Source of the DNA: a bacterium
Lineage (GTDB): Bacteria; Patescibacteriota; Microgenomatia; UBA1400; UBA12108
Reading direction: 5' to 3'
Length of the DNA stretch: 64,000 nt
NCBI GenBank assembly: GCA_021788365.1
Contig: JAJYKS010000001.1
Span: forward strand, 137,962-201,961
Each line of letters begins with the position of its first letter. The first letter of the stretch is position 1. Below the pieces are notes generated by a model. It did no database searches and had not been told where the DNA came from. It saw only the letters and a program-made list of their open reading frames with translations. Of the stretch, positions 9,996 to 19,815 are shown one piece after another. A program made the position numbers and the translations under genes.

Positions 9996-10799
9996 ATGGC
10001 AACCGATCATATTTTGACAGTCACCAATTTGACGAAGCGGTTCGGTACCTTTACCGCGGTTGATTCCGTGTCGTTTGCCGTCAAACGCGGAGAGATCTTT
10101 GCGTTCCTGGGTCCGAACGGCGCGGGGAAAAGTACGACCATCAAAATGGTGACGACGCTGCTCTCGCCCACATCCGGTGCTATCATATTAAACGGTCACG
10201 AGGCGGCGCATCATAAAGACGCCGTACGTAAATCTCTCGGCATAGTCTTCCAAGACCCAAGTCTGGACGACGACCTCACGGCCCAAGAAAATCTGGAGCT
10301 CCACGCCGCACTCTACCATACCCCGGTAAAAGAGCGAGCGGCACGGATTGAAAATCTCATGACATTTGTGGAGCTGTGGGACCGCAGGAACAGCCTGGTC
10401 AAGACTTTCTCGGGCGGTATGAAGCGACGACTGGAGATAGCCCGCGGCCTCCTTCACCACCCCCATATTCTGTTTCTCGATGAGCCGACCATCGGCCTCG
10501 ACCCCCAGACCCGCAACCACTTGTGGAGCTATATCAAAAAAGTGAACCGCGACGAGGGAATGACGGTGTTTCTCACCACTCATTATATGGAAGAGGCGGA
10601 GCGGGTAGCGGACCGTATCGCCGTCATCGACCACGGGAAGATTATCGCCGAAGGAACAGCCGGGTCCTTGAAAAAACAAACGAAGCAAACCAATTTGGAA
10701 GATGCGTTTCTGGCCCTCACTGGTCACGCTATACGTGACGAAGAAGCAACCGGCCTCGACCATATGCGAGCTCGACACCAGATGTGGAGGAGGCACTAA
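9996..10799 (+). CDS. DrrA-like ABC exporter ATP-binding protein
   Basis: GPNGAGKS, FSGGMKRRLEIAR, LDEPTIGLDP. Confidence 0.93.
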   Translation: MATDHILTVTNLTKRFGTFTAVDSVSFAVKRGEIFAFLGPNGAGKSTTIKMVTTLLSPTSGAIILNGHEAAHHKDAVRKSLGIVFQDPSLDDDLTAQENLELHAALYHTPVKERAARIENLMTFVELWDRRNSLVKTFSGGMKRRLEIARGLLHHPHILFLDEPTIGLDPQTRNHLWSYIKKVNRDEGMTVFLTTHYMEEAERVADRIAVIDHGKIIAEGTAGSLKKQTKQTNLEDAFLALTGHAIRDEEATGLDHMRARHQMWRRH

Positions 10800-10801
10800 C
10801 T

Positions 10802-11554
10802 ATGGACTTTAGCACCATTTACATACTCTGGAAGCGGCAACTTATTAAGTATTTCCGTTCGCGGAGCCGTATTGTTGGTTCACTCGGCCAGCCCATCCTT
10901 TTTCTTGTGGCGTTTGGGTTTGGATTTGGCGGTGTATATCAGCGTGCGGGGGGCGGCAGCTATATGGAGTTTCTCGCTCCTGGGATTATTCTCATGAGCG
11001 TGCTCTTTACCGCCGTGTTTTCTGGGATAGACCTTATCTGGGACCGACAATTCGGATTCCTTAAAGAAACGATGGTGGCGCCTGTCCCGCGTTTGTCTAT
11101 TATGCTTGGTAAGACATTAGGTGGGGCGACGGTCGCGGTAATTCAAGGCCTCATCGTATTTTTGCTTACGTTTCTCTTTGGGTTTCATATAGCAAGTGCT
11201 CCCCTTCTCCTTGTTGCATTCTTTGCCGTTGTGCTCGTCGCTATCTTATTTACTTCCTTGGGTGTTGCCATTGCCTCTACGCTCGAGGATATGCAGGGAT
11301 TTCAACTCATCATGAATTTTCTTGTCATGCCTACCGTATTTTTGTCGGGGGCATTCTTTCCCCTCCAGGGACTGCCGACCCTCATGGAGTATGTCGTCAA
11401 AATAGACCCACTGACCTATGGGGTGGACGCTGTGCGTGGAGCGCTTATTGGTATCTCTTCTTTTGGTATGGCGCTCGACTTTGCTATCCTGATTGGGCTT
11501 TCTGTTGCTATGCTGGCTATTGGCAGCTACCTCTTCGAGAAAGTTCAAATTTAG
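10802..11554 (+). CDS. ABC-2 type permease
   Basis: Six hydrophobic segments, DRQFGFLKE, FLSGAFFP, DPLTYGVDA. Confidence 0.9.
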   Translation: MDFSTIYILWKRQLIKYFRSRSRIVGSLGQPILFLVAFGFGFGGVYQRAGGGSYMEFLAPGIILMSVLFTAVFSGIDLIWDRQFGFLKETMVAPVPRLSIMLGKTLGGATVAVIQGLIVFLLTFLFGFHIASAPLLLVAFFAVVLVAILFTSLGVAIASTLEDMQGFQLIMNFLVMPTVFLSGAFFPLQGLPTLMEYVVKIDPLTYGVDAVRGALIGISSFGMALDFAILIGLSVAMLAIGSYLFEKVQI

Positions 11555-11559
11555 CCGTA

Positions 11560-11592
11560 TTCAGCACAGATTCAGCAATAGTATCGTATACT
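11560..11592 (+). promoter_or_regulatory. TTCAG-N6-TTCAG repeat plus -10 TATACT
   Basis: ttcag cacaga ttcag at 11560-11575; tatact at 11587-11592. Confidence 0.55.
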
Positions 11593-11600
11593 AAAAACGC

Positions 11601-12134
11601 ATGAAAAAGTACGCACAGTTCACTCTCGTTATAGTCGCGTTCTTCCTACTCGTGTGGATACGACAAGGTGAAAGTAACTCCGAACACACGGTGGCCCTAT
11701 CACCACAACAGGCGTCGCTCGTTGCAAGTGCGCCGCCGGGAAACGCCATCGCGAGTCCAGCCGCACCTCCCCCCTCAAATCCCACCCCAACACCAACGCC
11801 AACTGCCGCAGCCCAAACCACTACCCCCACTCCCACTCCTGCACCAAAGGGACAATATCGAGATGGTACCTACACCGGTAGTGTGGCAGATGCATTTTAT
11901 GGCAACATGCAGGTACAGGCGGTTATCTCTGGCGGGCGCCTCACCGCCGTCAATATCCTCCAATACCCGAACGATAACGGTACGTCACGCTCCATCAACA
12001 GCCAGGCTATCCCCATCCTCCAGTCCGAAGCGCTCCAAGCGCAAAGCGCTAATATCGATATGGTGTCCGGCGCCTCGGCCAGCTCTCCCGCCTTTCAGCA
12101 ATCGCTCCAATCTGCTTTGTCACAGGCAAGTTAA
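11601..12134 (+). CDS. Extracytoplasmic FMN-binding domain protein
   Basis: TM anchor, Pro/Thr linker, YRDGTYTG, flavinylation motif DMVSGAS. Confidence 0.88.
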   Translation: MKKYAQFTLVIVAFFLLVWIRQGESNSEHTVALSPQQASLVASAPPGNAIASPAAPPPSNPTPTPTPTAAAQTTTPTPTPAPKGQYRDGTYTGSVADAFYGNMQVQAVISGGRLTAVNILQYPNDNGTSRSINSQAIPILQSEALQAQSANIDMVSGASASSPAFQQSLQSALSQAS

Positions 12135-12137
12135 TGT

Positions 12138-12884
12138 ATGCGTATGACACGAACGACAATGGCAATGCCCGCCGCCGTCACCGCCCTTGACGCCCACGCG
12201 TCGGCGGATGATCTTGGGCGCGTATTCCACTTGTTTGACGAAGTTGACCAGAAATTCAGCGTTTTTCGTGACGAGAGTCCGGTTTCAAAGTACCGGCGGG
12301 GGGAGCGCACCCGCGACAGCTTCGACGAGGAAGAGCGCCATGTGTGGGACCTTTGCGAACAGACAAAACGGGAGACCGATGGATACTTTGACGCGTTTTA
12401 TGGCGGGACGTACGACCCCACCGGGCTCGTCAAGGGATATGCCATACGGCGTGGGGCCGAGCTTTTGCGCTCTCTCGGATATCGACAATTTCTCATAGAG
12501 ATCGCAGGGGATGGGGAGGCCGGGGAGAAATCGCGCGGCACCGGGTGGAAAGTCGGCATATCTAATCCCTTTAACACCCGCGAAATCGTAAAAGTCGTAC
12601 AGCTCTCCAACTGCGGCATTGCCACTTCCGGTATCGCCGAGCACCTGGATCACATTGTCGATCCGCACACCCATCAGCCTGCCCACGAACTGGCAAGTAT
12701 TACCGTCATCGCGCAAGACGCCGAGGAGGCAGACCGCTTTGCCACGGCGGCCTTCTCGATGGGCACAGCGGGACTCGCGTTTGTGGAGCAGCACACCCAC
12801 TGCGCGGCATACGCCGTGACGGCCGACCGGCGCGGGGTTGCGACTACACGATTTAAGAGTTACGAGGTAGCCAGTAACCTATGA
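12138..12884 (+). CDS. apbE: FAD:protein FMN transferase (ApbE family)
   Basis: DPTGLVKGYA, IATSG, HIVDP, ADRFATA. Confidence 0.85.
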   Translation: MRMTRTTMAMPAAVTALDAHASADDLGRVFHLFDEVDQKFSVFRDESPVSKYRRGERTRDSFDEEERHVWDLCEQTKRETDGYFDAFYGGTYDPTGLVKGYAIRRGAELLRSLGYRQFLIEIAGDGEAGEKSRGTGWKVGISNPFNTREIVKVVQLSNCGIATSGIAEHLDHIVDPHTHQPAHELASITVIAQDAEEADRFATAAFSMGTAGLAFVEQHTHCAAYAVTADRRGVATTRFKSYEVASNL

Positions 12885-14413
12885 TGCAGATAATTGATCG
12901 CTTCCTCGATCGCACCACCATGTACCGTCTGACGGTCTACTACCTGGTCGCACTCCTCGGTATTGCCACGATATTTTCTGCTGGACACATTCTCACGTTC
13001 AACCCTTTAGACATTGCCATTTCTGTCACTGCCGCCCTAGCGACATGCCTCATCGGCAACGAGATCGCTGCAGCCGTATTTGGCGCGACCGCCAACACGG
13101 AGAGTAGCACCATCACCGCGCTCATTATGGCGCTTCTTATCCCGCCCACCTATCCCATGAATATCGTGGCAGTCGTGCTTGCCTCCGGGGCCGCGATCGC
13201 CTCCAAGTATCTTTTGACAGTGGAAAAACATCATGTGTTCAACCCGGTGGCAGCGGGAGCGGTGGCCCTCGCTCTCCTTACCCCATTCTCGGTGACTTGG
13301 TGGGTTGGTAGCCCGTGGATGCTGCCCTTTGTGGCACTGGGCGGGTGGGCAATCGTCCGTAAGACTCAGCGGGAGGATATGGTGGCGACGTTCCTCGTCA
13401 CTTTTTTCGCGATCACCACACTTTCGGTACTCTTTACCCGCCCCAGTTTCTCTAGCCTCACGACGGCGTGGATTGTCGGCTTTGTTCACTCCGCGCTCAT
13501 CTTTTTTGCTACCGTCATGTTTACCGAACCCTTAACCTCGCCGGGAACAAAGGCTGGACGCCGGTGGTTTGCCGTGGCAACTGCGCTTTTGTATGCGACA
13601 CCGCAAGTACCGCTGTTTGGCCAGGTATTTACCCCGGAGATGGCGCTTGTACTCGCCAACTTCGGCGCCTTTCTTTTGTGGCCGCATTACCGCTATACCT
13701 TGACCTTGGCTGCTAAAAAAATACTTGCTAAAGATGTATACGAATTCTCTTTTTACCTCCCGGAAGAAAAGATCACCTACCGCCCCGGTCAGTTTATGGA
13801 ATGGACGTTACCCCACAGCTCTGTCGATAATCGAGGTAATCGCCGCTATTTTAGTCTATCCTCTGCCCCCACAGAAAAAACCGTGAGCTTTGCGATAAAG
13901 TATTACGACCCGCCATCTAGCTACAAGCGGACACTCGTAGCAATGGAGCCTGGCGGTAGTATTATCGCAACTGATGTGGCGGGCGACTTTACCCTCCCCA
14001 AAAAATTGTCCCAGCCACTGGTTTTTGTTGCTGGCGGGATCGGGGTAGCACCGTTTCGGAGTATGCTCAAGGCGATTGTCGATCGTGGAGAGCGCGCCAA
14101 TCTCACCATCTTATATGTTAACCGCCACGCCGATGAAATTGCGTACAACGACCTTTTTATTCGCGCTGCTGGACTTGGGGTAAAGACGTACTACATTTTG
14201 ACCGATGCCAAGTCCCTTCCCCCCGGATGGAAGGGAGGGGTGGGACACGTTGACGCTAAGATGATTGCGCAGCTCGTCCCAGATTACCAGCGAGCTAGTT
14301 TTTATCTTTCTGGCCCTCAGCCGATGGTGGAGGCGGCTGCCTCGGCGCTTGCCAACCTATCAGTCCCTGACAAGCAGATCGTTACCGACTTTTTCCCCGG
14401 CTATGCCACTTGA
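12881..14413 (+). CDS. RnfD/NqrB-like membrane domain fused to a ferredoxin-NADP reductase-like FAD/NAD-binding domain
   Basis: N-terminal TMs with SKY...HVFNP and MFTEPLTSP; C-terminal PGQF, RYFSLSS, AGGIGVAPF, YLSGP. Confidence 0.85.
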   Translation: MMQIIDRFLDRTTMYRLTVYYLVALLGIATIFSAGHILTFNPLDIAISVTAALATCLIGNEIAAAVFGATANTESSTITALIMALLIPPTYPMNIVAVVLASGAAIASKYLLTVEKHHVFNPVAAGAVALALLTPFSVTWWVGSPWMLPFVALGGWAIVRKTQREDMVATFLVTFFAITTLSVLFTRPSFSSLTTAWIVGFVHSALIFFATVMFTEPLTSPGTKAGRRWFAVATALLYATPQVPLFGQVFTPEMALVLANFGAFLLWPHYRYTLTLAAKKILAKDVYEFSFYLPEEKITYRPGQFMEWTLPHSSVDNRGNRRYFSLSSAPTEKTVSFAIKYYDPPSSYKRTLVAMEPGGSIIATDVAGDFTLPKKLSQPLVFVAGGIGVAPFRSMLKAIVDRGERANLTILYVNRHADEIAYNDLFIRAAGLGVKTYYILTDAKSLPPGWKGGVGHVDAKMIAQLVPDYQRASFYLSGPQPMVEAAASALANLSVPDKQIVTDFFPGYAT

Positions 14414-14462
14414 GATGTGATACACTCATACACGTATTGTCATTAGTTTAAGGAGGAGAGAT

Positions 14463-15077
14463 ATGGACTATAGCAAAGTTGCAAAAAAAGATGTCGTCGA
14501 ACATGTTATTGCAGAGCTTGCAAAGCGCAACATTGACGCGATATATGTACCTGATCGCGTTGCGGCAAAGGAAAAGGTATTGTCACTTATACCTAGCGGC
14601 GCCGAAGTTTTTACCATGAGCTCCATTACCCTTAAAGAAACCGGGATCGCCGACGCCATAAACAATTCTTCTGACTATGTGTCGGTGCGAAACAAACTGA
14701 ACGCCATGAACCGTGAGACTCAGAGCAGGGAGATGCAAGTCCTTGGCGCTGCGCCGCAGGTTGCTGTGGGGTCGGTTCATGCCGTGACCGAGGATGGAGA
14801 TATATATATAGCGAGCAACACGGGTAGTCAGCTCCCGGCGTACGCGTACGGGGCAGATCGCGTTATCTGGGTCGTGGGCACACAAAAGATCGTCCTCGAC
14901 GGGAAGGCCGCACTCGACCGCCTGGATACTTATATCCTCCCCAAGGAGTCGGTGCGTTTGTCGGAGCAGTACCACGCGCAGCTGACGTCCAATGTCAGCA
15001 AGCTACTCATTGTTCATAAGGAATTTACCCCAGGGCGGGTGACGGTTGTCTTTGTCGGTGAGCAGCTCGGATTCTAA
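14463..15077 (+). CDS. LUD-domain (lactate utilization-like) protein
   Basis: VGSVHAVTEDG, SNTGSQL, VVGTQKIV. Confidence 0.75.
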   Translation: MDYSKVAKKDVVEHVIAELAKRNIDAIYVPDRVAAKEKVLSLIPSGAEVFTMSSITLKETGIADAINNSSDYVSVRNKLNAMNRETQSREMQVLGAAPQVAVGSVHAVTEDGDIYIASNTGSQLPAYAYGADRVIWVVGTQKIVLDGKAALDRLDTYILPKESVRLSEQYHAQLTSNVSKLLIVHKEFTPGRVTVVFVGEQLGF

Positions 15078-15152
15078 TCATTCCCCCCTTAATCTTCTCT
15101 TAATGCACAGTGGCGTATAGATATTATTGTTATTTCATTACAAGGAGGATCT

Positions 15153-15581
15153 ATGCGAGACTCTATCATTAGTAAAGTCATAGCTGGTGTTTTGACCACC
15201 GCGTCCATCGCGACCAGCGTGGGGGCAGGTTACAAAGTATTTGCAGAGCACAATAGCGCTCCAGCACCGGTTCCGACTATTGCCGAATCGTCACCTTTAC
15301 CAACGTCTTCCCCGGAAGTACTTGGGACAGAGATAAAGGCGTCTGAAAAGACCGAGGCTACTGCGACACCTACACCAAGTGCGAGTGCGAGCCCCACCCC
15401 TAGCGCATCGCCGAGCGTAAGTCCGCTCCCCTCATTTTCTCCTATGCCGTCGTTTACCCCAGGTAAGTTCGACGATTCCTCGGACGACAGCGTGGAGATT
15501 GAAGATCAGCACGTGCACGTCGGAGTCAACGCTTCGACAACTACCTCGGTTTCACCCACCCCTGAAGCAGGTGATAACTAA
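15153..15581 (+). CDS. Exported low-complexity Pro/Ser/Thr-rich protein
   Basis: AGGAGG SD, N-terminal hydrophobic segment, SPTPS repeats. Confidence 0.6.
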   Translation: MRDSIISKVIAGVLTTASIATSVGAGYKVFAEHNSAPAPVPTIAESSPLPTSSPEVLGTEIKASEKTEATATPTPSASASPTPSASPSVSPLPSFSPMPSFTPGKFDDSSDDSVEIEDQHVHVGVNASTTTSVSPTPEAGDN

Positions 15582-15606
15582 GCTAGCCATCACTAAAGCC
15601 GAGTAT

Positions 15607-15633
15607 CAGAGGCTGCGCATTCCGCAGCCTCTG
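15607..15633. terminator. Perfect 11-bp hairpin between genes (terminator-like, no clear U tract)
   Basis: cagaggctgcg-cattc-cgcagcctctg. Confidence 0.5.
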
Positions 15634-15654
15634 TTCCGGATATAATAGCGCTAT

Positions 15655-16335
15655 ATGCGAATATTGCTTGTTGAGGATGACCTTGTTATTTCCAAAAATA
15701 TTGTAATTCTCCTTAAACGTGAGTCCTATGCTGTGGACACCGCGAACTCTATTGAGCAGGCACGCGAGCACATCGAGTCTGAGACATATGACTGCATTAT
15801 TCTTGACCGCCGGTTACCAGATGGTGACGGAGTAGCGCTCATACCCACTATTCGGACTGAGCATCCCACAACTCTTACGATATTGCTTACTGCCAGAGCT
15901 CAGACGAGTGACGTGGTGGCCGGTCTTAACGCGGGTGCCGACGACTATATTGCGAAACCATTTGTCCCGGCAACACTTCTTGCGCGACTTCGCGCACTAC
16001 TGCGCCGAGCGAGACGAGTACCTGTTACCCCTATCATCGCGATTGCTGACCTCATTATAGACACCAATACTCACCACGTTACGCGTGCGGGGCGTACCAT
16101 AGAACTTTCACCCCGCGAATACGCGATACTCGACTACCTCGCGCGGCATCCATGCCAAGCCATCGATCGCATGACTATACTCACCCATGCGTGGGACGAG
16201 CGAGTCGACCTTTTTTCCAACACCGTGGATGTCCATATTCGTTATCTGCGACGCAAAATTGATGAGGGACAGCAACTCCCCCTCATTCATACTGTTCGCG
16301 GTAAAGGCTACATGCTATGCGACCGCGCAGTATAG
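15655..16335 (+). CDS. OmpR-family response regulator
   Basis: LVEDD, LDRRLPDG, GADDYIAKPF, VDVHIRYLRRKI..VRGKGY. Confidence 0.95.
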   Translation: MRILLVEDDLVISKNIVILLKRESYAVDTANSIEQAREHIESETYDCIILDRRLPDGDGVALIPTIRTEHPTTLTILLTARAQTSDVVAGLNAGADDYIAKPFVPATLLARLRALLRRARRVPVTPIIAIADLIIDTNTHHVTRAGRTIELSPREYAILDYLARHPCQAIDRMTILTHAWDERVDLFSNTVDVHIRYLRRKIDEGQQLPLIHTVRGKGYMLCDRAV

Positions 16336-17693
16336 CGACAAAATTTACTCTGCTCGTGACGATACTTGTCACGGTGATTGTACTTGCGGCGTCGGCGGGT
16401 GTCGGGGTAATGGTTTATTTCCAAACTGAGCGAGAAATACAGCGACAACTATCTACCGAGGCGACAACTATTGTCGAGCAATATCTCCAGGTATCGAAGG
16501 GCTCCGTACAACTTTCGTCGACGGTTAGTGGCGAGGCCCTGGCATCAGCGTTGCGGACGCTTGATCTTTCTTTGTATATCGAGAATACACAAGGTGCGGT
16601 ACTTGCCACGTACGGTACATACCGTGATATTACTCCCGAGGAGCAGGCGCAGTTTATCCAGACATCGCCTATGGAAAATGGTATGTATCGGGATATTTCT
16701 TTGCGAGGTAACCGCTACGATACATACACGATTCCCCTGCGTTCAAGCGAGGGAACGGTTGGTTATATGCAAATTTCCCGACTAAACAATGTACTACCAC
16801 TCATTACCCGAACGCTCGGATCGACACTCCTCTTTATCTTACCGCTTGTTTGGATTGTCGCAGCAGCCACAACTCGCATGCTTTCTGCGGCAATACTTGA
16901 TCCGCTATCGCGACTCGTTGCTTTTATGGATCAGATAGAAGTTGAGCATGTATCTTCTCATACCCTTACGCTTCCCCCATTTGCCGACCGTGAAGTACGT
17001 GTACTTGTTATAGCTTTTAACGCACTCCTTACGCGGGTGCACGAGACTATTACGCGGGAACGGGAAGCTGCTGAAAATATTTCACACGAACTGAAAACTC
17101 CTTTAACCCGCATAGCGAGTAGTCTTGGAGTTGCCGCACAAGGTGCCCCACCTGCAACAGCTCGTGCGATACGAGCGGTAACTCGTGATATCGTTCAGCT
17201 TGGCTCACAAGCCGATGCAATCCTAGATCTAGCCATTACCCATCCCTCCACTACCCAGATGAGCTGCCTCCTTTCGCCTGTTATTGCAGAACTTTCTATC
17301 TCTATCCCACCTGACATCACGTACCACGCTCACCTATCAAAAAATTTTCGTATCCCTATGACGTCAGAGCATGCTCGAGTTGTGTGGCAAAACATTTTTG
17401 AAAATGCCATAAAGTACAACCATCATGGTGGAACACTCACTATTACTGCCAAGGTGAGCGGATCGGGATGGAGTGTGACCACCACCAACACCACACAGGA
17501 GCGGGATGGGGAGGATGGGACTGTGTTTGACCGTTGGTGGCGCGGCGCTTCTTCCTCAGTCCGCGGACGTGGGATTGGGATGGCTCTCATCCGTGACATC
17601 TGCCATATCTATCACCTAACAGCAACGTTTTCCATAAAAAACGGCATTGCCACGACCGTTGTGGCGGGACCATCGTTGCAACCAAGTTCATAG
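16317..17693 (+). CDS. Sensor histidine kinase with HAMP domain
   Basis: Two TMs, ISHELKTPL, NIFENAIKY, GRGIGM. Confidence 0.9.
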   Translation: MRPRSIATKFTLLVTILVTVIVLAASAGVGVMVYFQTEREIQRQLSTEATTIVEQYLQVSKGSVQLSSTVSGEALASALRTLDLSLYIENTQGAVLATYGTYRDITPEEQAQFIQTSPMENGMYRDISLRGNRYDTYTIPLRSSEGTVGYMQISRLNNVLPLITRTLGSTLLFILPLVWIVAAATTRMLSAAILDPLSRLVAFMDQIEVEHVSSHTLTLPPFADREVRVLVIAFNALLTRVHETITREREAAENISHELKTPLTRIASSLGVAAQGAPPATARAIRAVTRDIVQLGSQADAILDLAITHPSTTQMSCLLSPVIAELSISIPPDITYHAHLSKNFRIPMTSEHARVVWQNIFENAIKYNHHGGTLTITAKVSGSGWSVTTTNTTQERDGEDGTVFDRWWRGASSSVRGRGIGMALIRDICHIYHLTATFSIKNGIATTVVAGPSLQPSS

Positions 17694-17736
17694 TGTGATT
17701 TGATTGGTGCATACTAGTATTTATGGAGGGGAATAT

Positions 17737-17937
17737 ATGATTTTTCGTATGCGGAGTGTGGAGAAGTATTTTAGCAAGCATGTCATGGCAAATAGCGCGG
17801 CACATCTTTTCTTGGGCGTAGGCTTGGGACTTTTGGCCGCGCGGCCACTCGCCGCAACACACCCGGTACGCTGGGCACTGGTCTTTATTGCGGTTGGCCT
17901 CGGTGTACACATTATGGCAATGACTGAGAAAAAGTAA
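17737..17937 (+). CDS. Small two-TM membrane protein
   Basis: GGAGG SD before ATG 17737; two hydrophobic segments. Confidence 0.5.
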   Translation: MIFRMRSVEKYFSKHVMANSAAHLFLGVGLGLLAARPLAATHPVRWALVFIAVGLGVHIMAMTEKK

Positions 17938-17952
17938 TCTATAATTGAGTTT

Positions 17953-19191
17953 GTGCGAGCTGTATTTGCTGTTTTTGTTGCTGCTACTACTTTTGTTTTC
18001 GGGCTTGCTGCCGGTTATTTTTTTGTTGTGCGACTTTTGCCAGACACCTCATTTATGCCTGACCATCCGCTCTACCGAACGTTTGGTGTGGTAAAGCCGA
18101 AGGTAGTCGGATTCCTACCCTACTTTCTTATGAGCAAAGCTACTCACGACTACCACCCCTACCTCACCGATCTCACCTATTTTGGCCTAGCGCTTCAGCC
18201 AGATGGTAGTGTACAGAAGCTGGTCAACCCCCACGAGCAAGAGCCTGGATACACTGCACTTACCGGCGGAAAGTGGACCACATTTGCTGCACCGTATGCG
18301 GATGCCGGAGTTGGTACCTCCCTCCTTGTTCATACCGGAGACGAAGACACCATTGCGACCCTTGTCGCAAACCCAGCATCGTCGGCAGCAACGCTCGTCT
18401 CATCGGTGCTTCCCGCTATGAAAACATACAACTTCCGCGACCTTAATCTCGACATTGAGAGTTTCCGCACGGCAAGTGACTCCGCGCGAGCAAACTTTAC
18501 CACGTTTCTTGCGACTGTCGCCTCTGCCATGCACACGGCTGGATATACCGTGACGGTCGAACTTTCTCCCTCTGCATTCACCAAATCGTACCTTACCGAT
18601 CCTGTCGCTGTTGGTCGGTATGCAGACTACGCTCTCGTTATGGGTTATGACTACCATTACACCGGAAGTTATGTGACCGGGCCAATCGCACCCGTCCACG
18701 GCGTGCCAAGTGTGCGCGAAAATGATGTTGCGACTACTATTGCTGCAGCCACCGCTGCCATACCCCCCGAGAAGATCATCTTGGGTATCCCTCTCTATGG
18801 TTACCAGTGGGAGACCCTTACTGCTACCCCTGCGGCTGGTGTGATCCCTGGCTCCGGTGTTGCTGCTTCTGCCGCCAGAGTTGCATCGTTATCTGCTACG
18901 TGTACGACGTGTACGGTGACCCGAGACCCAATAGCTGACGAGCGTATCATCATCAAGCCCGACCCTACAACTGGCAGTATCTACCAATTCTTCGTACCCG
19001 ACCAAGCTGCACTCACCAGCAAGCTGTCGCTTGCCACAGAGTATCACCTCGCCGGCATTGCTTTGTGGGCACTCGGTTACGAAGATGAGTCTCTTTTGTC
19101 ACCACTCTCTGCCTATCGCGCGTCTGCCCGCCTCATCCCATCATTCACTTTCCCCACAACCGTGACGAACGTGATGTCCCATATACGGTAA
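17953..19191 (+). CDS. Glycoside hydrolase family 18-like protein, membrane anchored
   Basis: DLNLDIE (DxxDxE-like), VMGYDYH, KIILGIPLYG, GIALWALG. Confidence 0.85.
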   Translation: MRAVFAVFVAATTFVFGLAAGYFFVVRLLPDTSFMPDHPLYRTFGVVKPKVVGFLPYFLMSKATHDYHPYLTDLTYFGLALQPDGSVQKLVNPHEQEPGYTALTGGKWTTFAAPYADAGVGTSLLVHTGDEDTIATLVANPASSAATLVSSVLPAMKTYNFRDLNLDIESFRTASDSARANFTTFLATVASAMHTAGYTVTVELSPSAFTKSYLTDPVAVGRYADYALVMGYDYHYTGSYVTGPIAPVHGVPSVRENDVATTIAAATAAIPPEKIILGIPLYGYQWETLTATPAAGVIPGSGVAASAARVASLSATCTTCTVTRDPIADERIIIKPDPTTGSIYQFFVPDQAALTSKLSLATEYHLAGIALWALGYEDESLLSPLSAYRASARLIPSFTFPTTVTNVMSHIR

Positions 19192-19792
19192 ACGACTGGC
19201 CCTCGTGAACCTCTAGCGTGTGCGTTGTATTCCCCGTATCTTCGTACCCGACGGTGACCACTCCCCTTTTTACCAGAAGTATCATAACTTTTGTTTTGGG
19301 GGTGTAACTCACGGTGTACTGTGCGTTTTGCGACTGCACGAGTGTTATCCCCACACGCACGGAAAGCGGTACATTCCCCACCGTATAGCCGACTGTTCCT
19401 CCTGACTCTGCTAGCAAAAACTCCGTGGGAATGGTATCTACTAACGCTACCTCTCCGTACGCTCCCAGGTCGGCTGACACGCCATTCGTAAATGATATCC
19501 TGACCGAACCTACGCCAAGGACTGCGAGCGACTCGCCTTGGAGTATCGGGCCATCTGCGGTAAGCGGGACGGGGGAATCTTCCCCACGTCGGTCTATTTG
19601 TACCGCACCCAAAATCTTTGAGATAACTCCCCCTTCTGCTTCGGTTGGCGGCGCAGAAGAAATGGGTAGGGAAGATGGAGTGAAATGTGTTTCATTGTGT
19701 ATCACCTTTACTTTGTAGGCACGGTACCACACGGCACAGGCAAAGCCAGCGACAAAGAGTGCAATAGAGCCATAGAACCAGAGCCACTTCAC
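19145..19792 (-). CDS. Membrane-anchored FecR-like beta protein
   Basis: N-terminal TM followed by a beta-rich domain with FecR-like spacing. Confidence 0.4.
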   Translation of the reverse strand: MKWLWFYGSIALFVAGFACAVWYRAYKVKVIHNETHFTPSSLPISSAPPTEAEGGVISKILGAVQIDRRGEDSPVPLTADGPILQGESLAVLGVGSVRISFTNGVSADLGAYGEVALVDTIPTEFLLAESGGTVGYTVGNVPLSVRVGITLVQSQNAQYTVSYTPKTKVMILLVKRGVVTVGYEDTGNTTHTLEVHEGQSFTVYGTSRSSRLWGK

Positions 19793-19815
19793 CTCTTTAG
19801 TATATACTCAAAGGT

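Noticed and set aside
11770-11850. CCAAC/CCCAC-rich repeats, and similar ones at 15360-15460
   Set aside because: They encode Pro/Thr/Ser linkers; no CRISPR-like repeat-spacer structure was seen anywhere in the window.
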